Shown piece after piece: positions 1 through 9,399 of a stretch of 64,000 bases of DNA. The stretch covers positions 131,767-195,766 of the forward strand of contig PHBC01000001.1 of assembly GCA_002840505.1 (NCBI GenBank), written 5' to 3'. The translations under genes were made by a program, and so were the position numbers. The notes beneath the pieces were generated by a model, which saw only the letters and a program-made list of their open reading frames with translations, did no database searches and was not told the DNA's origin. Every line of letters begins with the position of its first letter. Position 1 is the first letter of the stretch. Origin of the DNA: Deltaproteobacteria bacterium HGW-Deltaproteobacteria-2 (lineage in GTDB: Bacteria > Desulfobacterota > Syntrophia > Syntrophales > Smithellaceae).

Positions 1-2802
1 GATACCGCAATGACAGACAAACACGCCGGTGCGCACTCCAGTGCCGCGCATATCTTTTTCTTCTGGATTTTCCACCGGAGTAATCATCGTTCCGCGCCTT
101 GCGGCCAGTAATCCTTCCGCACACGCGGCGGCGGCTGAGGCTTCCATAACCGTTTCGGGAATATCTTTAGGTCCGCCGAATGCGCCGCAGACGAAAACGC
201 CGGGGCGTGATGTCTGAACAGGATTTTCCAACTGTGTTTTACAGAAACCATGCTCTTCCAGATCAATGCCCATGCTGGCAGCCAGCTTTTTGGCTTCCTT
301 GGGCGGTGTGAGACCGACGGACAGAACGACCATATCAAATTCTTCTTCGTTTAAGGTTCCATCCTGATTGACATATTTCATCACCAGATTGTTCGTCTGC
401 TGCATTTCTTTAATGACTGACGGCATCGAACGAATATAGCGAATTCCGTATTCATCTTTAGCGCGATTGACAAAACGGTCGAAATCCTTGCCATGAGCGC
501 GAATGTCCATGTAGAAAATTGTCGGTTCCAGTCCCTTGGCATGTTCTTTAGCGATAATCGCTTCCTTGGTCGCATACATACAGCAAACCGATGAACACCA
601 GCTGTTATCACAGGAAACATCGCGTGAACCGACGCATTGAATGAAGGCGATTTTTTTGGGCTCCTTGCCGTCGGAGATTCTCTGAACGTGACCGAAGAAA
701 GGTCCGGACGCGGACAGGATTCTTTCGAACTGAAGCGCCGAAACAACGTTTTTATAAATACCGTAACCGAATTCGCCGCGCAGACGCGCGTCGAAAATTT
801 CGAAACCGGGCGAAGCGATTACAGCGCCGACTTCGATGGTTTCTTCTTCAATCGTCATGTCGTGGTCAATGGCCTTGGCGATACAGGCATCCACGCACTG
901 ATAACATTCCGAACAAATACCGCAATTTAAACAGCGCAGTGCTTCCGCTTTGGCCTGTGCTTCGTCAAAACCAATACCGACTTCCTTGAAATTGGTTCTG
1001 CGTTCTTCCGGTTTCATGAGGGGATATTTTTCACGGGGGACTTTGGCCACGTTGGAAACATCGGCCTTATCAGCCAGATCTTTGGTCCAGTCTTTGGCGC
1101 GGCCGGCTTTTACATCTTCGCCCATCAGATAACGATTGATGGATTTGGCCGCTTCCTTACCGGCAAACACGGCCTTAACAACTGTCTGCGGACCGGTAGC
1201 CACGTCACCACCGGTGAAAACCCCGGCAACATTGGTCGCATAAGTAACTTCATCGTAATCGAGGTTATTCCACTTATTAATGGAAACGCCGCTTTCTTTG
1301 GTAATGAAAGATAAATCTGCTTCCTGACCAATGGCGGGAACGATAGAATCGCATTCAACTATAAATTCAGAACCTTTTATTTCAACAGGACGGCGACGAC
1401 CGCTCTTATCAGGTTCGCCTAATTCCATTCGGGTACATTCGACACCGGTAACTTTTCCGTCCTTGCCTACAACACGCTTGGGGGCAACGAGGAATTTCAT
1501 TTCGACGCCTTCTTCAATAGCCTCTTCGATTTCTTCGGGTGCTGCAGGCATTTCCGCACGGGTCCGGCGATAGAGAATGAAAACTTCTTTCGAACCGGTT
1601 CTGACGGCTGTCCGCACAGCATCCATGGCCACGTTACCACCGCCGACAACGGCGACCTTGTCGCCCAGGGAAACTTTCTTGCCTAGATTGATCTGCATCA
1701 GATAATCGACGCCATGAATCACGCCCTGCATATCCTCGCCGGGAATATTGAGCTTGCTGCTCTTCATGGTACCGCAGCCGATGAAAATCGCGCTGTAATC
1801 GGACTTCAGTTTGTCAAAAGAAATATCTTTGCCGATTTTTGTATTGAGGTGAATCTTAACGCCCAAGTCTTCCATGACCTTGATTTCTGCATTGAGGACT
1901 TTTTTGGGAAGGCGGTATTCGGGAATACCGACGGCCATCCAACCACCCGCTACGGGCAGGGCTTCAAAAACTTCCACATCATAACCTTCAATGGCCAGGT
2001 AGTAAGCACAGGTCAATCCCGAGGGGCCGGCGCCGATAACGGCGACCTTTTTGCCCTTGCTTTCCTTCTTTTCGGGCATATAGCGGGTATCGCTGTTCAT
2101 GTCGAGATCCGCAACGAACTGCTTGAGGTGCATAATATCAATGGGATCATCCACTTTGCCCCGCATACAGGCCGTTTCACAGGGATGGTTACAAACACGG
2201 CCGCAGACGACGGGGAAAGGATTATCCTGTTTGATAAGTTTGAGAGCTTCTTTAAATTTGCCCTCGCCGATCAGAGCCACATAACCCTGAACGCTGATAT
2301 GGGTCGGACAATTGGATTTACAGGGAGATGTCCCCAGCTTGTCGATGGCAAAACCGCTGGGAATAGCCTGAGGGAAATGCCGGTAGATAGCTTTTCTTTC
2401 ACTTAAATTGCCGTTGAATCCGGCTTTTACGGAAACCGGACAGACATTGGCACAATCACCGCATCCTGTACATTTGTTCAGATTAACAAAACGCGGGGCG
2501 CTGGTTAATTTAACTTTAAATTTCCCCGGCTCGCCTTCTACTGCTTCGACAGTGCGTCGTGTTTTAATTTCTACATTAGGATGTCGTCCAACTTCAACCA
2601 GTTTTGGCGACAATATACAGGCGGAACAGTCATTTGTGGGAAAAGTCTTGTCCAGTTGCGCCATTACGCCGCCGATGCTGATCCCGTTTTCGACCAGATA
2701 TACTTTCATTCCGGAATTGGCTAAATCGAGAGAGGCCTGAATACCGGCGATTCCCGAACCAACTACCATTACCGCACCAACTTTTTCGTTATCTTTTAGC
2801 AC
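1..2802 (-). CDS. HdrA-like FAD/Fe-S oxidoreductase with an inserted GltD/NfnB-type NAD(P)H-binding module. The N-terminus is at 2802 and the C-terminus runs off the left edge.
   Basis: My own reverse-strand translation is open from a GTG at 2802 (AAGAGG about 8 nt upstream) to position 1. It is missing from the ORF track because no stop lies inside the window. Motifs read: VVGSGIAGIQASLDLA (FAD fold), CTGCGDCANVCP, VAVIGAGPSGLTCAYYL and VAVVGGGNVAMD (two dinucleotide folds as in GltD), CLNCGICSECYQCVDAC, CSSVCCMYATKEA and GVFVCHCG (HdrA-type Cys motifs). The plus-strand ORFs here are antisense shadows. Confidence 0.8.
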   Translation of the reverse strand, partial: MLKDNEKVGAVMVVGSGIAGIQASLDLANSGMKVYLVENGISIGGVMAQLDKTFPTNDCSACILSPKLVEVGRHPNVEIKTRRTVEAVEGEPGKFKVKLTSAPRFVNLNKCTGCGDCANVCPVSVKAGFNGNLSERKAIYRHFPQAIPSGFAIDKLGTSPCKSNCPTHISVQGYVALIGEGKFKEALKLIKQDNPFPVVCGRVCNHPCETACMRGKVDDPIDIMHLKQFVADLDMNSDTRYMPEKKESKGKKVAVIGAGPSGLTCAYYLAIEGYDVEVFEALPVAGGWMAVGIPEYRLPKKVLNAEIKVMEDLGVKIHLNTKIGKDISFDKLKSDYSAIFIGCGTMKSSKLNIPGEDMQGVIHGVDYLMQINLGKKVSLGDKVAVVGGGNVAMDAVRTAVRTGSKEVFILYRRTRAEMPAAPEEIEEAIEEGVEMKFLVAPKRVVGKDGKVTGVECTRMELGEPDKSGRRRPVEIKGSEFIVECDSIVPAIGQEADLSFITKESGVSINKWNNLDYDEVTYATNVAGVFTGGDVATGPQTVVKAVFAGKEAAKSINRYLMGEDVKAGRAKDWTKDLADKADVSNVAKVPREKYPLMKPEERRTNFKEVGIGFDEAQAKAEALRCLNCGICSECYQCVDACIAKAIDHDMTIEEETIEVGAVIASPGFEIFDARLRGEFGYGIYKNVVSALQFERILSASGPFFGHVQRISDGKEPKKIAFIQCVGSRDVSCDNSWCSSVCCMYATKEAIIAKEHAKGLEPTIFYMDIRAHGKDFDRFVNRAKDEYGIRYIRSMPSVIKEMQQTNNLVMKYVNQDGTLNEEEFDMVVLSVGLTPPKEAKKLAASMGIDLEEHGFCKTQLENPVQTSRPGVFVCGAFGGPKDIPETVMEASAAAACAEGLLAARRGTMITPVENPEEKDMRGTGVRTGVFVCHCGI

Positions 2803-3070
2803 CTGATTACACCTCTTTATTCTGTATGAAAGAACCTCAAAAAATTGATATTAACAAGCATTGGTCGGCTAACATAATTTGCTTATCCTGTCAAGAGCAT
2901 TAGCCTTGTTTATTTGTTTTTTGTCGCTAACTTATTGATATAATAAAATTAAAAAAATGACTGCCGTTCACTGACCGGCATTCATGGATGGCTCAATAAA
3001 TCTCATTTTTAGTCATCTTAATCTTTTTTCAAAAACCATTATTTTATTCTAATCACGGGTATGAAACCAC

Positions 3071-3168
3071 AAAGCAAGCTACGGGGTATCATACCCTCCG
3101 CTTTGTCCCGATGTATCGGGATTCAACTTACCAATTCCGCTACGCATCGCTTTCGGAATTGGAGTTTC
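3071..3168. repeat. Cluster of three short palindromic repeat modules that recur in other intergenic regions
   Basis: The modules are GCTACGGGGTATCATACCC (3078-3096), TGTCCCGATGTATCGGGATT (3104-3123) and CCAATTCCG-14 nt-CGGAATTGG (3131-3162). They have close relatives at 29633-29655, 25494-25514 and 24610-24653 respectively. Confidence 0.6.
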
Positions 3169-3287
3169 ACGAAGAATTTGAATCATTACTGACAAAAAAA
3201 CAGACTCAATGGAGAATGCCGGCCAAACGCAATTTCCCTGATTTTTTAAAAACAGAAAAAAAGTAAACCATGGATATATTTTATATC

Positions 3288-3497
3288 TTAATTTTTCGGA
3301 CCAAGCCACGGTCTTGTGTTGTCTAAAAGATAATCGTCGCTGTGCTCCATCATGCATTCCGGGCAAAGATGAACCATCATCTGGCTTTCCATATGCCGGA
3401 CAGTCAACAATCGCGACGCGTTCTGATTGCAGCAGAAGCATCTGTCCGCCACATCATTTTTATGAAAACGATAACTTTCTTCATCATAGTATTTCAT
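3288..3497 (-). CDS. Small Cys-rich (zinc-ribbon-like) protein, 69 aa
   Basis: ORF with CFCC...CPEC spacing typical of a 4-Cys zinc ribbon. It lies directly downstream of the REC-kinase gene on the same strand. The RBS is weak and I recognise no family. Confidence 0.35.
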   Translation of the reverse strand: MKYYDEESYRFHKNDVADRCFCCNQNASRLLTVRHMESQMMVHLCPECMMEHSDDYLLDNTRPWLGPKN

Positions 3498-3558
3498 ATA
3501 AATTGTCTCAAATGTTTTTAATTAGCTTACCTGAAAATATATTACTCTTAAAATAGAT

Positions 3559-4695
3559 TTAAAAATTTGTCCCGGACGTTTTTCGTGCCGGATCTATTTG
3601 GCAGGGAAATGTGAGCACAAACGTCGTTCCCTCGCCTTCTTTTGACGAAACTGCGATACAACCATTGTGTGACTCCATTATTTTTTTGCAGAAAGTCAAT
3701 CCCAGACCGGAACCACTGTGTTTTTCATTTTTTCCACCACATCTGAAAAAAGGCTCGAAAATTAACGAAAGCTTCTCCGGGGGAATGCCCATCCCCGTAT
3801 CCGCAATGCTGACGTTAATGTAATATTCGTCGTGTTGACAGGTAACTATTATTTTGCCTCCGTCAGGAGTGTATTTTGTCGCGTTGCCGATAATGTTGGT
3901 AAACACCCTTACCAGGCTTTCCTCATCTCCTGTTATCTGGGGTAACTTTTGGGGAATATTTGTTTCCAGAGAAATTCCCCTCTTCCGGCAGAGAGGGGTC
4001 ATTTCCTCCACGCTCCGGGAAATGATGGCAGCTAAGAGTAAAGAGACTTTCTGTTGTGAAAGAGTTCCATTTTCTATGCGGCTGATGTCCAGCCAGTGTT
4101 CAACCATTTCCTCAAGATTCTGGATGCGTTTTCTGCATCGTTCAATGATTTCCCTGACGTCTTTGTCGAAGCGCTCTCCCGCTATTTCGTTGAGCGCCTC
4201 AATGTATTGTCGTATAACGACAAGCGGAGAACGCATTTCGTGGCTTACAAAAGTTATGAAGTTTCTTTCCATCAGGTCTTTTTCTTCCCTCAATCTCTTC
4301 GTCTCGATTTTGAGATTGCGGTGTTCCAGCCCGCGCTTTGTCAGAGCTCTTAATTGATCAGGATTAAATGGTTTGGGAAGATAGTCGTAAGCTCCCTTTT
4401 GCATGGCTTCGACTGCCGAGACAATAGTCGCAAATCCCGTGATCATGACGAGGACAATATCAGGTATGTCCCGTGAGAGGATCTCAATTATTTCCATCCC
4501 CGATAGATTGGGCATTTTAAGATCAATAAAAGCCATATCAGGCAAATTCTCCCGTGCCAGCTTTATGCCGTCGATCCCCTGCTCGGCAGTAAGCACAGCG
4601 TATCCGGATTTCTCCAGCACCTGCCTGCACCCGTCACGAAGAGCTTCTTCATCATCGATGATAAGAATCAGGTATTTTTCAGACTTGTTCGTCAT
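3559..4695 (-). CDS. Soluble hybrid sensor kinase (N-terminal receiver + HisKA + HATPase)
   Basis: Receiver motifs are LILIIDDE and FIDLKMP. The H-box is FVSHEMRSPL. N/G boxes are NIIGNATKYT and DTGMGI...GSGLGL. No TM segment is seen. Confidence 0.85.
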   Translation of the reverse strand: MTNKSEKYLILIIDDEEALRDGCRQVLEKSGYAVLTAEQGIDGIKLARENLPDMAFIDLKMPNLSGMEIIEILSRDIPDIVLVMITGFATIVSAVEAMQKGAYDYLPKPFNPDQLRALTKRGLEHRNLKIETKRLREEKDLMERNFITFVSHEMRSPLVVIRQYIEALNEIAGERFDKDVREIIERCRKRIQNLEEMVEHWLDISRIENGTLSQQKVSLLLAAIISRSVEEMTPLCRKRGISLETNIPQKLPQITGDEESLVRVFTNIIGNATKYTPDGGKIIVTCQHDEYYINVSIADTGMGIPPEKLSLIFEPFFRCGGKNEKHSGSGLGLTFCKKIMESHNGCIAVSSKEGEGTTFVLTFPCQIDPARKTSGTNF

Positions 4696-4697
4696 GG

Positions 4698-5096
4698 CTA
4701 TTTGACGCCCAGTTCCTGAGCAATGTATCTTAGAAGATCATCTGCCTTTATGGGTTTCTGCAATACCTTGTTGACTTTGGGGAATTCCGGAGGCGGTTCG
4801 AAGGAGTTGTAAGGGCCCTGAAGATCGACAGCACTCAGCATAAAAAGAGGCGTTTCTTTTCCCGTATCGGTGGCACGGATTTTGTTCAATACCGAGAAGC
4901 CCTCACCCCATGTTTCCATCATCATATCGATAATAGCCAGATCTGGACTTATTGATTTCCAAATCTCCACTCCAGTCTTTCCATCTTCCGCCAAAAATAC
5001 CTCGTACCCACCCTTTTCCAGAATAAGTTTGGTGGCAAATAAGAAATCTTTGTCATCGTCTATTAGGAGTATTTTCTTCTTAATCGTCATGATCAA
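4698..5096 (-). CDS. Single-domain response regulator (receiver only)
   Basis: ILLIDDDKD...LAIIDMMM...KP receiver pattern. The protein is 132 aa with no output domain. A GGAGGTG RBS lies upstream. Confidence 0.8.
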   Translation of the reverse strand: MIMTIKKKILLIDDDKDFLFATKLILEKGGYEVFLAEDGKTGVEIWKSISPDLAIIDMMMETWGEGFSVLNKIRATDTGKETPLFMLSAVDLQGPYNSFEPPPEFPKVNKVLQKPIKADDLLRYIAQELGVK

Positions 5097-5128
5097 ACAC
5101 CTCCATAATATTTTTATTACTTAATAAT

Positions 5129-5144
5129 AGCAAAGATAATGCCA
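5129..5144 (-). promoter_or_regulatory. Candidate sigma-54 (-24/-12) promoter for the REC / REC-kinase genes
   Basis: The minus strand reads TGGCATTATCTTTGCT. It matches TGGCAC-N5-TTGCW at the GG and GC dinucleotides with canonical spacing. The -12 element is about 34 nt upstream of the ATG at 5096. Confidence 0.55.
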
Positions 5145-5204
5145 GTTCATAAGATATTGAATTAATTGATTATATTATTGTGGTAAGCTGTCAAAATTTG
5201 TTTA

Positions 5205-5221
5205 AGGGGCAAAACGCCCCT
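5205..5221 (-). terminator. Hairpin after the sigma-54 activator gene
   Basis: AGGGGC-5 nt-GCCCCT lies immediately 3' of the stop at 5225 and is followed by a U-rich stretch on the minus strand. Confidence 0.45.
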
Positions 5222-5224
5222 AGA

Positions 5225-6589
5225 TTAATGCTCTGTCTTTATATTGAAGTTGCGTATTTTTATTCTCAGAGTCTTTCTGTTGATACCGAGGAATTCTGCC
5301 GTTTTGTTAATCTGAAAATGGAAGTGTTTAAGAGCCTTTTCGATGTGCTCTTTTTCGACATCGACTAGGGTTACCCTGCCTGAAGAAGAATCCACCACCG
5401 GTGTTTTTGCTCCTTCACCCTGACCATAGTAAAAAATATCTGATAAATTTACTGTTTCCTGGTCGCAAAGGACGCACAAACGTTCGATGGTATTTTTCAG
5501 TTCTCTGACGTTTCCGGGCCATTTGTATGACAATAGCGATTTTTTTGCTTCTTCAGAAAGGTGTCGTACTTTGCTCTTATGCTTTTTTTGATAATGATCG
5601 ATATAATGCTCGGCGACAGGAATGATATCCGCCTTGTGCTCTTTCAGAGGCTTTATATCCAAAGGAACAACTGAGAGACGGTAAAACAGGTCTTCCCTGA
5701 ATTTTCCCGCTACGATTTCAGCATGTAAATCCCTGTTGGTTGCCGCTATTAACCGTACATCAACTTTTTCGGGCGATGATTTGCCTACCCGCGGGACTTC
5801 CTGTTCCTGAATCACCCGCAACAACTTTGCCTGAATATTCAAATTGATATTGGAAATTTCGTCAAGAAATAAAGTCCCTGTATCCGCCATCTGGAACCGG
5901 CCTTCGCGTGATTCCGTGGCACCGCTGAAAGCGCCCTTGACATGTCCGAAAAGTTCGCTCTCCATTAGATTTTCAGCCAGTGACGAACAATCAACAGGTA
6001 TAAATGGCTTGTCGGACCGCTTGCTTAATTGGTGAATGGTGCGCGCTACAAGTTCTTTTCCGGTGCCGCTCAATCCGGTAATTAAAACAGTGCTGTCGGT
6101 CTGCGCAATGCGCCTGATTGAATCTTTGAGTTCTTTCATGTAGTCGCTAGATCCAATGAGCAGGGCAAGGTTTTGTTCGTTGCCGCATGGTTCATCATCC
6201 TTTAGCGCAACGCTTACCGCTTCGTTGAGTTCAGCAGCAGAATATGGCTTTGTGAGAAAATTGAATGCGCCTTGACGCATTGCTTCCACCGCCAGCGGTA
6301 TTGTCCCGAAGCCGGTGACGATAATGACTTTGGCGGATACATTTTTTTCTTCTTTCAGTTTCTTCAGGATATCCATTCCGCTCACGTTGGGCATTCTGAC
6401 GTCCAGTAAAATCAAGTCATAGGAATTTTTCAGTCCCATCTGCAGACCGTTGACAGCATCTCCTGCACAATCGACATGATATCCTTTGCGCGTAAGAACC
6501 TGCTGACATCCGTCCCGGATGACTTCTTCATCATCAATAATAAGAATTTTCCTGCTTTTGCTTGACGCTTCTTTCACTTGCCCCCTCAT
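5225..6589 (-). CDS. Sigma-54-dependent response regulator (NtrC family: REC + AAA+ + Fis-type HTH)
   Basis: Receiver is ILIIDDEE...LLDVRMP. Walker A is GLSGTGKE. The GAFTGA-like loop is KGAFSGA, with ESELFGH also present. The C-terminal HTH is KTAEFLGINRKTLRIKI. Confidence 0.9.
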   Translation of the reverse strand: MRGQVKEASSKSRKILIIDDEEVIRDGCQQVLTRKGYHVDCAGDAVNGLQMGLKNSYDLILLDVRMPNVSGMDILKKLKEEKNVSAKVIIVTGFGTIPLAVEAMRQGAFNFLTKPYSAAELNEAVSVALKDDEPCGNEQNLALLIGSSDYMKELKDSIRRIAQTDSTVLITGLSGTGKELVARTIHQLSKRSDKPFIPVDCSSLAENLMESELFGHVKGAFSGATESREGRFQMADTGTLFLDEISNINLNIQAKLLRVIQEQEVPRVGKSSPEKVDVRLIAATNRDLHAEIVAGKFREDLFYRLSVVPLDIKPLKEHKADIIPVAEHYIDHYQKKHKSKVRHLSEEAKKSLLSYKWPGNVRELKNTIERLCVLCDQETVNLSDIFYYGQGEGAKTPVVDSSSGRVTLVDVEKEHIEKALKHFHFQINKTAEFLGINRKTLRIKIRNFNIKTEH

Positions 6590-6654
6590 ATAGTCGTCCC
6601 TTAAAAAATAATAACATATTTTTTAAGGGGCAGAAAGTTAATAATTTTATCTAT

Positions 6655-6674
6655 ATATGTCATAATTGACATAT
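6655..6674. promoter_or_regulatory. Perfect 20-bp palindrome in the activator-gene upstream region (candidate operator)
   Basis: ATATGTCA-TAAT-TGACATAT lies about 70 nt upstream of the ATG at 6589. Confidence 0.3.
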
Positions 6675-6867
6675 TACAAACAGGCAATGAAATCGACATT
6701 GTACAACAGATGCGAAGACACATTGGCTGATTAATTAGTTGTCCCTGAAAAAGTTACAACATGGGAAAGTTTTGATCAATCTTTGGTTGTACTGTTTGTG
6801 TATAAACAAAAAAGACCTGGGCTGCGCATGACACGCTTGGCGGATGTCCGTTTCCTGTAATTCAATC

Positions 6868-8871
6868 TTAGCTAACAACATTATCCGATGAATTTTCTGT
6901 CTCTTTATGCACAGGCAGGCAGATAATAAAAGTAGTGCCCCTTCCCTTTCTGCATTCGACGTCTATAGTGCCTTTGTGTTTTCTAATAATTCCGTAGGCG
7001 ATGGAAAGTCCCAGGCCCGTTCCTTGACCGGGTTCCTTCGTTGTAAAGAATGGTTCAAAGATGTGGTAAATATACTTTTCATCTATTCCTTTGCCTGTGT
7101 CGGTTATAGTAATACGAACGGTGTCTTTTCCTCTCAATGTAGTTGTAATGGTTAGCTTTCCGCAACCCTTCAAGGCGTCCGCCGCATTGATGAACAAATT
7201 GAGGAAAACCTCCTCTAATCTCGATATGTCGCCTTTTATTTCTGGAAGATTTTGAGCAAGATTTATTTCTATTTCTATTCCATGAAACATAGCCTGGTCT
7301 CTTACCAATTTGAGAGATGTATTGATAATCTGATTTATTTGTAGAGGAATCATATCCCCCGTAGGAGTTCTCGCGAAATCCAACAGGCTTTGCACAATTT
7401 CTTTACAGCGGTTTGTCTGATAAATAATTTTCTGAATGTTTTCCTTAAGCGGACTGTCTTCCGCAACATCCTCTAAAATTATATTACTGTATAAAAGAAT
7501 CCCCCCCAGAGGATTGTTGATTTCATGAGCCACACCGGCCGCCATTTGTCCCAGCGCAGTTAATCTTTCAGTTATTGAAAGCTGATAATGCATTTTCTGC
7601 AATTGATCATTATGGTCTTTGAGAGATTTTGCCATTTCGTTAAAAGCTTCATCCAGCATGTTGAATCCGGATATATTATCTGGCGTTAATTTATAATCAA
7701 GGTTGCCGGAAGCAATTGCTTCGGTTGCCTTTTTAAGTATTCGTATTCTTTTGATAATGGTGTTTCCAAAATACAGGGAAATAATAAAAGCTATAATCAT
7801 CCCTAGTGTGGTTATTCCAAGATTTAACCAGATCATGTGCCACTTTATGTCGCGGTATTTGGCTTCCAGAATCCCTGTGTAGAGAACACCGATGAGCTTT
7901 TTATCCATGTTATAAATAGGCGTATAAGTAGTAATATACCAGTCTTTTACAACGAAGGCCCTGCCCACCCAGTCTTTTCCTTCCTTGATGACCCGTTCAT
8001 AAACTTCTTTGGAAAGAATCGTGCCGATGGCCCTTTTGTTATCTTTAGTCATGACGTTTGTTGATATGCGTACGCCTCCCTGAAAGATAGTGGCCACTCC
8101 TATTTCCTGGCCTTTGTATTTTTCTTCGTGATATACAGTCTCTTTAATCCTATCCACTATTTCGTTGTCCTTATTGATAAGAACGCCTCCTATCAGAACA
8201 CCCATTAACACGTTTGTATTTTTATCTATTAACGGATAAGCAACCTTCATGACCATCCCGTCAACAAGTTTATCTTCCCGGATATCGGCAGATAGCGGTG
8301 TTTTAATAATATCCGTTTGAGCCCTGTTTGAAAGAGCAGGATTTTCTCTTAAAATATTTTTAATCGGCATAAGTTCAGTCGAAGAGAGCGGGATTTTTGA
8401 CCTTATGCAGTTTCTGACAACGGGGTCATTCAATAGGTTGTCCCCGGAAATTCCCGGGTTAGCCGCCCGGAATAAGACCCTTCCTTCTCTATCCACAACC
8501 GTCAGCATGTCCAGAAAAACATGGTCATTCCCCTGTTGAGTACCTGTTTCTTTTCGAATTAATCTTTTAAGATGTGCCATACCGTTTATATCATTCTTAT
8601 AGATAAGTTCGCGCAGATCAGAACCTTCGGCGGTAAACTGAACCAGATACATAATTTTATCTATCTTATTATTATAGATCAGTTTGGCCGTATTGATATC
8701 CTGGCGCACTCTGTTTTCTACTTCATCAATTGTGTTTCTGTTGATTGTCCATATGCTGACGACAGTTGCAAAGATACCGGTAAGGCAGGCAGCAATCAAA
8801 AATCCGAACGCAAGACGGCTTTGTAAATCCAATTTTAAAAGCCGCCGTATTAGTTCATGATTGATTTTCAT
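6868..8871 (-). CDS. Membrane sensor histidine kinase with a large periplasmic Cache-like domain, HAMP, HisKA and HATPase
   Basis: Two TM segments flank a domain of about 300 aa. A HAMP-like linker follows. The H-box is GVAHEINNPL, with N/G boxes NLFINAADA and DTGKGI...GTGLGL. Confidence 0.85.
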   Translation of the reverse strand: MKINHELIRRLLKLDLQSRLAFGFLIAACLTGIFATVVSIWTINRNTIDEVENRVRQDINTAKLIYNNKIDKIMYLVQFTAEGSDLRELIYKNDINGMAHLKRLIRKETGTQQGNDHVFLDMLTVVDREGRVLFRAANPGISGDNLLNDPVVRNCIRSKIPLSSTELMPIKNILRENPALSNRAQTDIIKTPLSADIREDKLVDGMVMKVAYPLIDKNTNVLMGVLIGGVLINKDNEIVDRIKETVYHEEKYKGQEIGVATIFQGGVRISTNVMTKDNKRAIGTILSKEVYERVIKEGKDWVGRAFVVKDWYITTYTPIYNMDKKLIGVLYTGILEAKYRDIKWHMIWLNLGITTLGMIIAFIISLYFGNTIIKRIRILKKATEAIASGNLDYKLTPDNISGFNMLDEAFNEMAKSLKDHNDQLQKMHYQLSITERLTALGQMAAGVAHEINNPLGGILLYSNIILEDVAEDSPLKENIQKIIYQTNRCKEIVQSLLDFARTPTGDMIPLQINQIINTSLKLVRDQAMFHGIEIEINLAQNLPEIKGDISRLEEVFLNLFINAADALKGCGKLTITTTLRGKDTVRITITDTGKGIDEKYIYHIFEPFFTTKEPGQGTGLGLSIAYGIIRKHKGTIDVECRKGRGTTFIICLPVHKETENSSDNVVS

Positions 8872-8969
8872 TGTTTCAGCCCGATTTTGGGAATGGTTTG
8901 AAGACTATCATGGAAAGCATAGCATTATCAAACATTCTTTAGAGAAGCCAGGCCGTATGATATACAAGC

Positions 8970-9359
8970 TCAGCCGATCATCTTTTTTACCCGCAAAAGA
9001 AGTTCGGCAGCCGGGACAGGCTTGGCCACATAATCCTCTGCCTGCAGATATTCACCGTCCATTTCCGGCGAGAATTTAAATCCTGTCTTACCGGTAACGG
9101 CAGTTACCATCAAAATGGGTATGCTTTTGTATTTTTCATCATGTTTCAGGCTATAACACAAATCAAATCCATCCGTGTGCTTGTCCATCATGACATCCAG
9201 GATAATCAATGCCGGCCTGTCCGCTTCAATGGCTTTGCGGCCGTCTTGAACGTTTAGAACATGATGAACATTGAAGCCGCTATTTCCTAAAACAATTTTA
9301 AGAGCTTCGCCATAGTCTTTATCGTCATCAATAATCAGTATCTTCTTTTTCTCAGACAT
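8970..9359 (-). CDS. Single-domain response regulator (receiver only)
   Basis: ILIIDDDKD...LIILDVMMD...KP receiver pattern; 129 aa. Confidence 0.8.
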   Translation of the reverse strand: MSEKKKILIIDDDKDYGEALKIVLGNSGFNVHHVLNVQDGRKAIEADRPALIILDVMMDKHTDGFDLCYSLKHDEKYKSIPILMVTAVTGKTGFKFSPEMDGEYLQAEDYVAKPVPAAELLLRVKKMIG

Positions 9360-9399
9360 TATGACCTCCGATATGGGAATTGGTTACCAAGTAGTTATA

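Noticed and set aside
1714-2406. 230-aa plus-strand ORF, with several smaller ORFs on both strands between 29 and 2740
   Set aside because: They lie antisense or out of frame to a continuous minus-strand reading frame that has strong HdrA/GltD motifs. They show low-complexity shadow-ORF character and no RBS.
3079-3441. 120-aa minus-strand ORF
   Set aside because: Its C-terminal third is built from the palindromic repeat modules. It overlaps the better-supported zinc-ribbon ORF in another frame.
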